DNA from: Chiloscyllium plagiosum
Taxonomy: Eukaryota
Direction: 5' to 3'
DNA length: 64,000 bases
NCBI RefSeq assembly: GCF_004010195.1
Contig: NC_057751.1
Location: 18,011,325 to 18,075,324 of the forward strand
This document shows positions 37,850 through 50,279 of this stretch, piece by piece. Below the pieces are notes generated by a model that worked only from the letters and a program-made list of their open reading frames with translations, searched no databases and was not told the origin of the DNA. A program made the translations under genes and the position numbers. Positions within the stretch are counted from its first letter, which is position 1. Each line of letters begins with the position of its first letter.

Positions 37850-39560
37850 TCCGGAATATAATGAACCTTACCCCACATACTTTGTCTCGGATTTCTGGTT
37901 AATTCCTGTTGTTACAACTTCATCAAGAAAGATGGCATCCCAGATTAAATATGACAACACGCTTTGCATCGTCGACTGAATAATGGCACCGACGGTTGAT
38001 ACCCCAAATGGCAGTCTCGTACATTGTTACAAATCCATATGGCATTAAACGAAGCAAGTTTCTATGAATTCTTAGAAAAGCGTGGTGTACATGGCTCATA
38101 TTCGGATTCATTAATCCCTTCTCCGCAACCAGCCCCCACCTGCCACAGTTGCAGACAAGTTCTCTGTGCAAATGATTTAGCATTTATCCACCGGGAGAAC
38201 TGGTTAACTGTTTGAATAAAGTTGCCTCAAATTGAAACCGATCCATCGATCTTCACAATTATTGGAAACATTGCTGTACATTCTGCTAACTACTCTTTTC
38301 TGCATTCCCTAAATTATCAGCTTTCTGACCCATGCCTCTACTTTTGCACTTAATGGCGCTGGATGGGCCTGTAAACTTGCATCTCAGTTCAAGTGCAAGA
38401 TGGTGAAAAATGTGTTGCTGGAACCAAGTGTAAGTTATCTGACTAACAGAAGGAGCAGGAGAATCGACGTTTCGGGCTTTCTTCAGGCTTATGCTCGAAA
38501 CGTCGATTCTCCTGTTCCCTGGATGCTGCCTGAACTGCAACGCTTTTCCAGCAAAACATTTTTCAGCTCTGGTCTCCAGCATCTGCAGTCTTCACTTTCT
38601 CCTCCTTCACGTGCAAGATGGTGTTGGGCCCTTTGACAGTCCCTGAACCTTCCTGAAAATGGTTTGGGTGGTTAATTCCGACTACACTTAGTCAGCTATT
38701 TTCTCCTCGAAAAATGTTGAGAAGTCAAGTTGAATCTTTCTGAACTGGTTTCGCCCCATAAAACTTGGGGAAGGCATTTTCTGACAATTGGTGTTAACTG
38801 ACCAAGGTACTTTACATACCACTCTGGAACTGGAATTGTACCTTTAGTCTGTAAAAGCGTTCCAAGTGTAAGTTATCTGTCTAACAGAAGTCACGTGCAA
38901 TCGGAAGTGTTGGTCACCATAGCAATTTTTTTAAAGACTGTTTCTGCAATCACTGATACAGCCATGTGGGGTCAACCTCCTTTAGAATCGGGTGCCCCTT
39001 TAACCAGACTTTGATGGGTTTAGATTTGAATGTTGTGCAGCATATAAACTGTTTTCAGGCAAATATAGGTGCACGTTCCATACTGGAAATCTTAATAAGT
39101 TAATTCTGGCTACTCAGACTTTTTTGTCTTCCTGATGACGCATGCCAACAGCAACTGCAATGGTTTGCTAGCGCACATACGGAGGACAGTGCTAAACATT
39201 TGTCCGTAGCTTGGATTTTCTTTTTTATTGTGGAGGGGTTGTGGTGTTTGCTGAGGGCTGACCTAGAGCCGATCTGTTTATGTGAAATCGTGTGTAACTG
39301 CATGCAATTGCATTCACTCAAGTATTATGTGCAAAGCTCAGTCGACCTGGAGAGAGTACCAACTTCCATAGGCATAATTATGTTTTCAACTTATCACTTA
39401 TCTAAAATCAACGCCAGCTGTAGTGCCTGTTCAAGTTCAGGACGGCTTCAGCTAGAATGTGCCTATTTTATCATTAAATTAATCCCATTAACATCATGAC
39501 TGAAATAACTTCATCGGCGCCAGTATCCTGTCACCAGAGTACCATCTATTCACGCATGCA
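37850..39560 (-). mobile_element. Decayed Gypsy LTR-retrotransposon gag-protease-RT fragment
   Basis: Minus strand ILAEAVL..QALQLAL (gag), PSFMGRN..RKIQLD (end of protease region), IVKIDGSVSI*GNF..TVNQF and TRLPFGVST..IIQSTM..AIFLDEV (YLDD equivalent). Confidence 0.8.
38406..38605. mobile_element. Fold-back PLE-terminus element inside Gypsy pol, 18-bp TSD
   Basis: TTCAAGTGCAAGATGGTG (38388-38405) vs TTCACGTGCAAGATGGTG (38606-38623); inverted arms around cttcagg. Confidence 0.88.
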
Positions 39561-41588
39561 TAGTACTTCCCACTAGTCTGGCGTCTGCATAATCACCTCT
39601 CAAAGTGAACTGAATCTCTAATATTCCTTTTTTTCTGCCAGTCACGGTTCCGTGATTCTACCGGATTAAAAGCCCCAGTCATATTCAATGAGGTTCACCA
39701 AGCTGACGTCGGTACAGGCATGATAACCGTGTAAGGATAGGCAGGCAAGGCCTGCATTCATTGGACTTACACATTGACAGAATTGAGAGGGGTAAAAAAA
39801 ACTATAATGATTCTGATGGAACCAGACAAAATGGACTTGGAAAAAATGTGTCCTATTGTTGTAAAATCGAAAGCTAGGATATTAACTTTTAATGATAGTA
39901 GGGTATCTATTTCAGGAAGATATGAAGAAACGTTTATTCCTTTACTAAGATTCTTCTGAATCGTTGTAATTCCCTTTCAGAAAAGGCAGTGAGTGTAGAC
40001 ACTTTCTTTTTTGTTTGTTAAGGCAGACACAAATATATTTTTGATTTCCAAGGGGTTGAAAGGCTATCAGGGAGGGATTGCAGATGTGGCGAATTGATGT
40101 GAAATTCGGATTGGACCGGATCTTATGGAATGGCTGTGCAGGCTGCTTCCTCATGCGTTCAAATGTTGGTGTCGCAGTTTCAATGGTAAAGGTGGACTGG
40201 TGCAAACACATTTTGCCTAGCTTGTATGTGGGCAATGCATTTCTGAAGTCTTGAGATGTATTGATAGAGAGTATCGCATCGATACACCACAGGATCCACT
40301 CTACTAGCTTTCAGGCGCATGGAGACGGAATGCAACTGAAATCCAATTGATAGCCTCGTACTCAAGATGGTTTGAGGTCTCACGTTACTTCGAAGGTATT
40401 GACGTATTTCTGCGACAGCCCATGTCTTATGTTCTGCATAATCCTGCTACTTTCTGTTACAGTTTAGAGTCTTACCGAGCCAAAGACTGGGGCTGTACTC
40501 TTCCCATGAAGCATCCAAACCTCTGGAGTTTTTCTTCATAAATTACGGTCTTCAATAATTTAAGTAGATGAATGAGTAAATGTGAGTGTTCTGTGGGGTT
40601 AATCAAAATTACTACAACTGGTTAGGTGCGTGATTCTGACCTGAGCTGTAGACTGATCCATTTATGCAAGATGGAAGAATGGGAAAATCGCCTTAAATTA
40701 ACACATTCTGTTAAGTGTTTAATCCTGATCGAGCCTGCAAGTTGATCCCCTGAGGGAAGGCAGAAGGTGGCCAGATTTAAATATCAAACTCAGCTAATTG
40801 CTGGGATTGGGGAGGCCTTGAGTATTTGATCCCGGTGCCAGTGTTTTATCTTGTTGGTTTGTTTTGCTTTTTGTCTTTGTTTGCATCTTTTTCATTTGCC
40901 TATTGGAGACCGATCTGCATTCAGGACCTGGTATGTGAGAATGGGATCGAGACACGCCGCAAGACTGAAGCGCCAGTCCCAACTTCAAGGTAATTTTATC
41001 CTGCAATGCAGGCCGGCACCCGTCCTTTTGTCCCAATGGAGGAGACGCTGAAACTCCACAATAAACATGAGAAATGCAACACGGAAGTTAGAGAATTCCC
41101 TTGTTGAGTTTCATGAAGTGCATAAGAGCCATCAGTCGCTTACAGTTACAATCTGGGTCAAAGTCCTCGGAAACCTTTCAGAAACCCTCCCACTGTACTG
41201 GCGCCTTATTCCCCTAAGTATCCCAAATTCCCGTCGTAGTCGGGATTGCTGCGGTTGATACTTCCCAAATAAGCAGGAATGCTGGCCACTTACAGAATGC
41301 TGTCAGAACTAGTTTAAGAGTTCACACTACTTGGCCACAATTTACTCGTGCAAGTACTCAGCAGGGGCACCAACAGAACGTGTTGGTGAAAGCATCTCGT
41401 GTTTCACAGCGATTGGTGGTAAAGCACTTCTTTGCCAAGGATTATGAAAGGTGAAACTCCACTTAACATGTCCTCGGCTCACTCTCAGTCCCGTGGCATG
41501 CTTCATGAGGCCCCAATCCGCTCTAGTGGACAACATTTTTAAATTCGTTAGTACAAATCTGCAGGATTCATAAATGCTTGCCTCACAG

Positions 41589-42495
41589 CTAACATAGTAA
41601 CAGTTGTGATACTGTCCCGGGAAAAGTGTGCTCTCTCCAAATGTGTCACTCGCTACCTGATGGCCATGGCAATGGCTGATGTGCCGGTTATTATCGTTGA
41701 CCTCATATTGCGACACATTCCATTTGTATATATGGACGAGTATCATTTCTTAGAAGGCATTCCTGTGTGTAATATCCGCGCTGTCCTGCTTTATGCAGCC
41801 ATTTGACTGTTTTGCCTGGTTAACTGTCGCTTTCACCTTTGATTGTTTTGCGGCTATTTGCTGCCCAATTCTGAAAATTAAATATTGCAATATAAAAACA
41901 ACGGCTGTGGTTCTGGAAATGGTGATTGTCTTGAGCTGTTTGAAGAATATTTTCTGGTATTTCATTTCACAGGTCAGTATTATCCGAGGAACTGAACATG
42001 TTTTTGTTGTATTAAAAGAGAAGTCAAGTTTTCTCCAGCATGGGGAGCAATTGAGTTATTTCATTACATACTAACCCCGGGAGTTGCCTTTACTCTTATT
42101 CTGCTTTTCAATTTTTTAACGGGCAGACACGTTGTAGTGACCAACAAATTCCGCAAGATATTGCACATCAAAACAACAGGAAGAGAGCCAGAGGCCAAGA
42201 GCTGAAGAATCGAAGGAGTTCCATCACTTTATTGTTTTTTTTTTAATCTCAGGTAATTTTCTACTGTTATGGTCAGTATCATTGGTATTTTCCATAAATT
42301 GGAGAATGGTAAGTTTGGGATATCAATTCCAAGATCTCCCTCTTGGCATAATGGAACTGGGCCACATGCTCCAAGTGCTCAGTTGCTGCACAAACACTGC
42401 AATTTATGGCATCACACATCCTACGTTCAGACAGCAATTGAAGAATATGGTGAACTATCCTTTTACCCCACTTTAAAAATGGATTAAACATTGAT
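41589..42495 (+). pseudogene. GPR139-like class A orphan GPCR pseudogene copy 1 (main exon, TM1 end to TM7)
   Basis: AG acceptor, then NIVTVVILSREKCALSKCVTRYLMAMAMAD, TVAFTFDCFAAICCP (DRY equivalent mutated), KYCNIKTTAVVL, ELGHMLQVLSCCTNTAIY. Frameshifted. Confidence 0.88.
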
Positions 42496-44049
42496 AATTG
42501 CTGAAACATTACACCAGCAACAATCAATTCTTCATCTATTTCGATGCAATCTTCACGCTCTGTGTCAGGTTTATACACGTCTGTGTAACTGAATTATGCA
42601 TCCAGTTCCTCTAATCTGTGATTTTTGCATCTCCAAACTGACAGAGTGCAACGTATTTTCTGCATTCCAATTGGTTCTGTTGTACCAATGTTTCGGTTTG
42701 TGTGTGTGTCTGCATGTGTGAGGCGTTCGTATAGTCTGCGCGTAAATGTAAGATACATCGACAGAGGATAAGCTTCAGTAACGTGCCCACTACTCGAGAG
42801 TGATCACGAAATGATGAAATGTCGTCCAGTTAATACGTGGGAATGGTAATAAACATGGGAATGAACCCAATCTATAAATTTACATGAAACAAATAAAAAC
42901 TCGTAAAAGCACATTTTCTTTATGGTAGACTGCAAAAGAAACAGAAATGTTCGCATGGTTAAAAAAAAACGAATGAGCAGTGCTTCAAAAGTGAGTGGTT
43001 CCAAATGAACCTGTTTTGCAAAAACCTGGTGTAGTGTAATTTTTCGCATGTCAGATAAGCACTGTTGGGCTCTTAAAGTGACATTTCATAACTCTCAAAA
43101 AGAGCTCTCTTTACAGAGAAACATTAAATTTAACGATCATTTGACAGTGAACGAAACTTGTCAATGCTGTGGAGCTGTCTGGATAAGTTTAGGATTTTTA
43201 ATGAAAAGCAATGAATGATTTTTCGGAACAAAGGGAGACAGTCGCATGAAAACGGAAATTAACACGAAAAGATTCGAAAAGGAGATGGTAAGAACTTCGA
43301 CAAAGTTAGATATCGGGATGACGGTTGGAAAATAAAATATTAATCCCTGAATGAATGGAACGCTGGACCAAACAATGGGAGAGGAGGGAAATGGTGTGAT
43401 CCTTGAACAAATAACTTTTAGCTCTTTGTATAGATGAAGACATTAAAATGTCCAAAACAGAGAATCAGGTGTTAAAACGAGAGGAAGAAGAAATGATTGT
43501 AAGAAATCATTATCATTATTGACGAACTTAATGAAATATATGGATGGCAAGAGTGTTGGGGAAAAGTGGTAAATTAGAAAGCCACAATAATATTCTCTTG
43601 AAGAGCCAATGCCGATACAATGTTGCAAATGACCACTGTCAGTGTTGTACTACGGCTGTGATTCTCATGGAGAAAGGCAGCTGGGTAAATGTTCATCAGT
43701 TTCCAGCACCTGAACATTTACATTTTAGAATCTCACACTAAGTGACAGCAAAACTCGTGTAAGATTCGGTTTAATTTTACCAAATTCCTTTGTTCTGGGA
43801 AGCATAAGTGGATCAGAGAAGCAGAACATCTGATATTCAGCATCTTCCAAAAGGCTGAATTGAATGTGTTGAGTCAGGACAGCTAAGCTGAAAGCCGTGG
43901 TTTGCTCCCTTTGAACTCTGTTGGAATCCAGGCACACTACCCATTCCTAGGGCCGGGATATGAGCAGGAAAAGTGTCCAGGCGCAACTCCTGGAAGCCCG
44001 TGGTTTGCAACTCCACTAGCATGTTTGGAACACTGTGGAGCATACGTCT

Positions 44050-44795
44050 ATCACGTCATCTCTCTTCCTTCCTCTCTCCAGCGTGAAAAATCCTAATTGA
44101 TTCAACGTCTCTTTGTAAGACAAGATCTACAGGCAGCACACTGGTAAGTCTCCTCTGCACCCTCCCTAAAGCATTCATACCCTACTGTAATCAGCCAAAC
44201 TGAATGGATGCAATATTCCAAGTGTGGTCTTCTCAGCGTTTTGCAGAGCCGTAGTAATATCTTACGGCTCTTAAAGTTAATCACCCTGTTAATGAAAGCC
44301 AAAACACCATACGTTTTTTTCAGGAGGGGATTTGGGGTGCGCCGGGGTGAAGGGGGGGGGGGGAGGTATGGTGGGGTGGACAACTTTAAGAGATCTATGT
44401 ATTTGGATCCGAACATCTTGCTGTTCCTCAACGGTGCCAATAGTCATGTCTTTAACACGGTATTCAACATTCAAATTCAAAATAATCCAAAATGGATCAT
44501 TTCACATTTCTCTAGGATGAACGTCACCTGTCACATTTCAGCCCAGCATTGTATCTTGTTACTGTCATGTTGTCGACGGCGACAACCCTCGGCACTATCT
44601 ACAACAGCACCGACCTTTGTGTTATTGGCAACTTTACCAAACCACCCTTCTACTTCTTCACCCAAATCACTTATAGAAACTACAATGGGCAGAAGCGCAA
44701 GAACAGATGTCGACACAACGGCACTCCAGTCAGAATATTTTCATTCACTACCACTCACCGTCTTCTTTCGGCCAGCCAGTTCTGTATGCAGAAAG
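44050..44795 (-). mobile_element. CR1 RT 3' fragment; paralogous to the start of 56905-59525
   Basis: LCKTLRRPHLEYC and GKVANNTKVGAVVDS. Confidence 0.85.
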
Positions 44796-44799
44796 GCTG

Positions 44800-44887
44800 A
44801 ATGCTGGTGAAGAGCTTATGGTCGAAACGTCGACTCTACTTCTCCTCGGATCTGCCTGACTGGTTATGCTTTTCCAGCGCCACACTC
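44800..44887 (+). mobile_element. PLE-terminus element with degenerate hammerhead
   Basis: CTGGTGA-agagcttatggtc-GAAACGTC-gactc..ctgcctgac..cttttccagc. Confidence 0.75.
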
Positions 44888-45491
44888 TTCTGTCTTTTTC
44901 TCCAAAGCTTGGATATTTCCCAAATGTTTGCTGGGGAGGGGCGTGTGGCTTGAATAAATGGAGTTTCTGACCCACCTAATGTCCAGCGTGGCACCCACAT
45001 GTTCTGCGTGGCTGGGTGCTCCTAGTCAATCCTGGATGTCAGCGGGTCTGATAGATGTGTGGGTGCTCTTCATGTGGGCCTGCGAAAAATGTTGGAACAG
45101 CGTGTGGGTCTGTTGAAATCGCTGAGGGAATTCAAACTTTTCATAAAGTATATCAGTGATTCTAATGAGTTCCTGGTCAGTAGTCCTGACCTTCAGCGCT
45201 CCGACGGTCTTATCGTTGACCTGGACTCCTTGATGTCTTTTTATTGGGTGTTCAATTCTTATTCCTGTGGTTGTGGGGCCTATTTTTCCAGCTTTCGGAT
45301 TCGTCCTCGGGTTAATGGTTCCAGCGTTGGTAATCGTAATTTGTCAATCAGGGCATCCTCAGACCTACAAGTAGATTGAAAATACTTAAGAAAAAGATCT
45401 GCTTTCGACAGCTTGCCAGGATTTACCTTGCTCTGGCACCAACTCAGATGACCTTGGAATGTTTCTCCAAAATATTACGTTGTTCAAACCT

Positions 45492-46057
45492 TGTTTTGGA
45501 CCAAGCTGGATACCCTCAAAATATTTTAAGAAGGTAGTGCAGGCCCTAACATTTCTCATTTTAAAAGCAGATATGCTATGGATATTCCGAGTGTGATGCA
45601 ACTTCAAAGTAATCGGCTTTAGGCAAAACAGAATTAATTTAACCATTAAAGTTGGAAGACAAACAACACGAAATGAAATTTAGAATGATTTAACTGCTGA
45701 AAAACGTCAAGAGACCCGATGCAGCTATATAACTAAGGAGCCATTCCAATCCAATAGCACACAGAAACTCACGTTTTCATGGGAAGGAGGGATCAATTTC
45801 GAAAGAGATTTCACAGAGAAAAGTTAGTCAGAAATCATCTGCTGAAACTTGGGAACCTTTCCTGGACTTCAGCAGCTTCTAACTGCAACATCTAAACTAA
45901 ACTAGATTTAAAAAAAACAGAACTGGGTAAGTTGGCCACTCCACTGCCCTTTGGTAAACTGGAATATTCACAGAGTCCTTGGTAACTTTGCCTTTACAAC
46001 CACTCTTAAAAGAAAACAAGGGCAAAATAATCTTGTTAAAGCAACAGTATTGTCACA
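45492..46057. mobile_element. Solo-LTR-like repeat, family A
   Basis: TGT..TGTCACA termini, flanks ACCT/AGCT, similar to 1644-2242. Confidence 0.6.
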
Positions 46058-46624
46058 AGCTGAATGAACTTCCTTCTTGTTTTCAACTTGTGTGGAACAT
46101 TCTGCAAATCCTGATGAAGGACATGGGTCAGTTCTCTTATCTTTGGGCTATAATCCAGAACCCGAGACAAAGTTCTCCTGTGTTTAATTTCGCAAGGAAC
46201 AATAGCGCAATTTGAATGAAATTAATTGGTAAATTCACATATTCCAGTGTCATGCTTGTAAACGCTGTCGGTTTCTGGAAAAAAAAAGTCTCAGTTCACT
46301 AATGTCGCTTCAGGATGTGCATGTGTTGCCCTTACCTTGCTTTATTTCCAAATGACTCCAAACGCACAGCAACGTTGTTCCATTTTCAATGCCCTCTGAG
46401 CAATCAGCAATGAACCACTTTGGCATTGTCTGCCCAACCCAAAACGAGTTTTGTAAACATCCCTTGATTTGCTGAAGGCAGATAAGCTACTTAAATGATA
46501 AGTCAGCCCACATGATTGGAGGTTGGGCTTCAGCGAATGACTTCTCTCAATCTGCCCACCCGATTGCTTCTGTAGTTTGTTTGAGAGAGATGGACTAACC
46601 TCCATTATTTACACGTGGTCCAGA

Positions 46625-48230
46625 AGTGGATCTTATTTCTCTGAAGAGCCAGGCAAGTTCAGTCACTCCACCTCACCTCCGGAATTCAGCTGTTTTTGGC
46701 CATGTGTGGATCAAGGCTGTAAGGAATTCCGGAGTTGAGTGGTCCTGGCGGAACGCAAACTGGATGTCACAGAACAGGTTATTGCTCAGCTATTGCTGCT
46801 TGATAGCACTGTTGATAAAACCTTCCATCACTTTACTGATAATCCACGGTAGACTGATGGAGCGGTATTTGAACGGGTTGGATTTGTTCTGCTTTTTATG
46901 TACAGGCTATACTTCTGTAATTTTTCACATTGTTGGGTGGATACCAGTGTTTCAAAACTACTGGCTTAGATTGACTAGGGGAGGGCAAGCTCTGGAACAA
47001 AGGTCTTATGTACTGTTGCCCGAATTCTTCAAGTATCCAGTTTTTCCAACTGTTTATTGATATAAAGCAAAGGGAATCGAATCGGCTAAAGACTGGTATC
47101 TGTCAAGCTGGGGACCACTGGCGGGTTCGGAGATGAATCATCCACTCACCAATACTGGTGGAACGTTGTTGCGAAAGATTCATTCTTATGTTTGGCACTG
47201 CTGTGCTTGTCTCTTCCATCATTGTGGATGGGGATATTTGTGAGCCTGATCCTCCAGTGAGTTGTTCAACTATCCTAAAGCATTTCTGTGGCAGGATTGC
47301 ATAAATGATCTGTTCGTTGAAGGATCACTTAGCTCTGCCTCTCACTTGCTGCTTATGCTGTTTGCCATACAAGTCGCCCTGTTTGCTGCCTTCACCAGGT
47401 TAAATTCACAACTTCAGTTCTGCCTGGTGATGCTTCTCACATGCTCTCCTGCACTCTCCATTGAAACAGGATTGATGGATTGATTGGACTGACTGAGTGG
47501 GCGCTACGCCCGACCATGAGATTACAAATTGTGCAGGAGTATAATTCAGATGCTTGTGATGATCCACATCGCCTCATGGATGCCCAATCTTGAGCTGCTT
47601 GGTTTGATCTAAGTATGTCCCATTTAGCACGGTGTTCGTGCCGCACAACATGAATGGACGTTAATTTAAATATCGGGCCATCTCTATCTCCATTAGGATT
47701 ATACAATAGTCTGTCATACCTATATTGTCATCGACAGAGATATCTGCAGCTGGGAGATTGGTAAGGATGAAGTCAAGTATGATTTCCCTCTTGTTGTTCT
47801 CCTCACCATTAGACGCAGACACAGTCTAGCCACCTACGTTCTTGAGGATCAGTACAGCTCTACCTGCAGTACTGCTGCTGAACAATTCACGGTGGTTTAC
47901 ATTGAAGTCCACAAATCAGAGAAATTTTTCTGTTCTTGCCATCCTCTGCTTTCTCTTCATGCTCTTCGACGAAGAGGACCACTCTTTCATCAACAGAGGC
48001 AGGACGATTCATGTCAATCAGCAAGAGATTTCCTTGCCCATGTTTAACATGAAGCCATGAGACGTCGTGCGGTCTGGAACACGTTTTGAGGACTCGCACA
48101 GCAACTGCGTCTCCATTGCATATCACGGGGCCACCACCTCTGCTGGGTCTGACCTGATGGTGAGGCAGGACATATCCACATTTGGTGATTGGCTGAGTAC
48201 GATTCCGTGAGTATGTCTATGGAAGCTTGA
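46625..48230 (-). mobile_element. Non-LTR retrotransposon (CR1/L2-group, a family distinct from HER1) endonuclease-RT fragment
   Basis: VSWLHVKHGQGNLLL..RPASVDERV (endonuclease); TGIHPTM*K..PVHKKQNKSNPFKYRSISL..IISKVMEGFINSAIKQQ..QFAFRQDHS (RT). Confidence 0.8.
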
Positions 48231-48369
48231 CAGGTCTGTCAGAAATTTCTTCCAATTTTAGAATTAGCCCACAGACTGAGGAGGACTGTGCTGTGTGGAC
48301 GGGATATATCTTTTCTGTGCTGAGAACGATGCCCAGAAATCCATCCAGTTTCTTTGAGTGTTTGTAACC

Positions 48370-49095
48370 ATTGGTAGAACTAACTGGCTTGCTAGGACAC
48401 TTCAGAGGGCAACTGAGCGTTATTCATGTTGCTGTGCGTCTGAAATCACATTTTGGCCAGACGAAGTGATGATGCTAGATTTCCTTCTCTGAACTGGTTT
48501 AGTGAACCAGATGGGATTTTCTGACAATCCACAATAATTTCATAGCTATCAGTATATCCTTAGTTCGAGTTTTTTTTTAATTGAAATCCAATTCCACAAC
48601 TGTATTTGCTAGAGCGTCGGAACCTTATAGGTGAGGTTATCGAGCTTTATGAAATCAAGAGGGGTGTGGATATGGTAAAAGGACAAGGTCTTTTCGCTGT
48701 GATGGAGGTGTACAGAACGACAGGGCATAATCTCCGGATGAGAGGGGAAAGAATTAATAGTTAGCTAAAGGGCAATTTCAATACATAGAGAGGGCGCATG
48801 TATGGAATGAGCTGCCAGAGGAAGTGGTGGAGGCTAGTGCAGTTGCCAAATGTAAAAGGCATCTGGGTGGGTATATGAAAAGGAAGTGTTTACAAGGATA
48901 ATGGAAAAGTGCAGGCAAATGAGATTAGATAAGGACAGAATATCTGGATGGCATGGATGAGTTGGACCAAGGGTCTGGTTACGTGCTGTGCATCTGATTG
49001 ACTCTAACTCCTATGGCGTGTACGAACTCTTTTCCCCAGAACAGGAGCTGGGTTTTTGGATTCACGATCTCGCAATACTTCCAATGGAATGTCGC
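48370..49095 (-). mobile_element. Decayed SINE-like repeat split by a plus-strand CR1 3' end (about 48605-49010); related piece at about 46270-46475 on the plus strand
   Basis: cagagggca..gttgctgtgcgt..tagtgaac is the reverse of gttcactaa..acgcacagcaac..tgccctctg at 46295-46400. Confidence 0.5.
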
Positions 49096-50279
49096 TTAAC
49101 TGTTCCAGCCCTTGCAGCATTTTATGAAGGTATTGTACAGATAAACCCATTGTTTTAAGCAATAGATATATTTTTATTCTGTATTGAAACCTGAATTCGA
49201 CCTGTATTAGAAATGTTTGATAGAGGGTGTGTCATAGGATTTTATTCCAAAACGGCACTCATGTTGTACCTGACCTGGGATTCTTTATTGAGAATCGTTT
49301 GGAGGCCGTGCAATAAATAGAGAAATTCATGCTGAAGATGACATTGGGACATGCAAAGGATTTCAGATAGTCGTTTCAGTTATAATACTCGTTTCTTCAA
49401 CACGAGTTGGCTATAAAGCTGTTGCTTAAAATAGATAATCAGTTGTAAAATATAAAAATCCCTTATCTGTATTGACTCTAACTGGGTTCCGGTCAAACTG
49501 ATTTAAAAGGTGTTGCTGTTCCACGATTTTCTTGTAACGTGGGATCACACAGGATCAGAACTATTAACTTATATCAGAACAGAGGGCATTATTAAAATTT
49601 TAAATGATTTTCCCCTTCCAGATGCAGCATGACGTTTTCTCTCCAGTTAACATAGCAGTTTCCATTATTATTTCAAAAATTATAATGGCTGGAAATCTTT
49701 CTATATTCCAGAGGTGTAACACTGGGTTTGCGTCATTTCACTCTGTCGTCATTGAACCCTTCTTTTCAATCTATTAGTCTGGTGAATCTCCACTGCAGTT
49801 GAAAGCACGTGGACTGTTAATTCCATACGCTTCCGTGGCTTTTCCGGTTTATGAAGTAAATGACATTGCTGTGCTCACATCAGATGGCTACAGTGAACAA
49901 CGGTAAATTGCCTGACTGACTCCATCAGACTAACTCCTGCTGTCTTGCAAATTAAAACACATCTCACATATTGTACGTTCCCATATCTTGGCCTCCTATT
50001 TGTGAAATATAGTGATACGTCAAGTGATGTGTTTTGAATATTTGACTCAGAAATATGATACAAACCAAACGGTCCAATGTGAGGCAGGGCACCGGGCAGG
50101 GAGTGAAAATACGTTCACAAGGTGTTGAGTGTCGGATTTGTCTGAAGATATTTTCGTTCATTCATTCCTATATTGGAGAAGTAATAGTTTTAATTGCAGT
50201 AGTACGAACTTGGAAAAATAGACTTGGCAGGATATATAGGCTTTGATATGTAAAGATGCAAATTTCAGAATTGATTTCG

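Noticed and set aside
44208..44810. 200-aa ORF, the longest in the track
   Set aside because: Antisense to a CR1 RT fragment.
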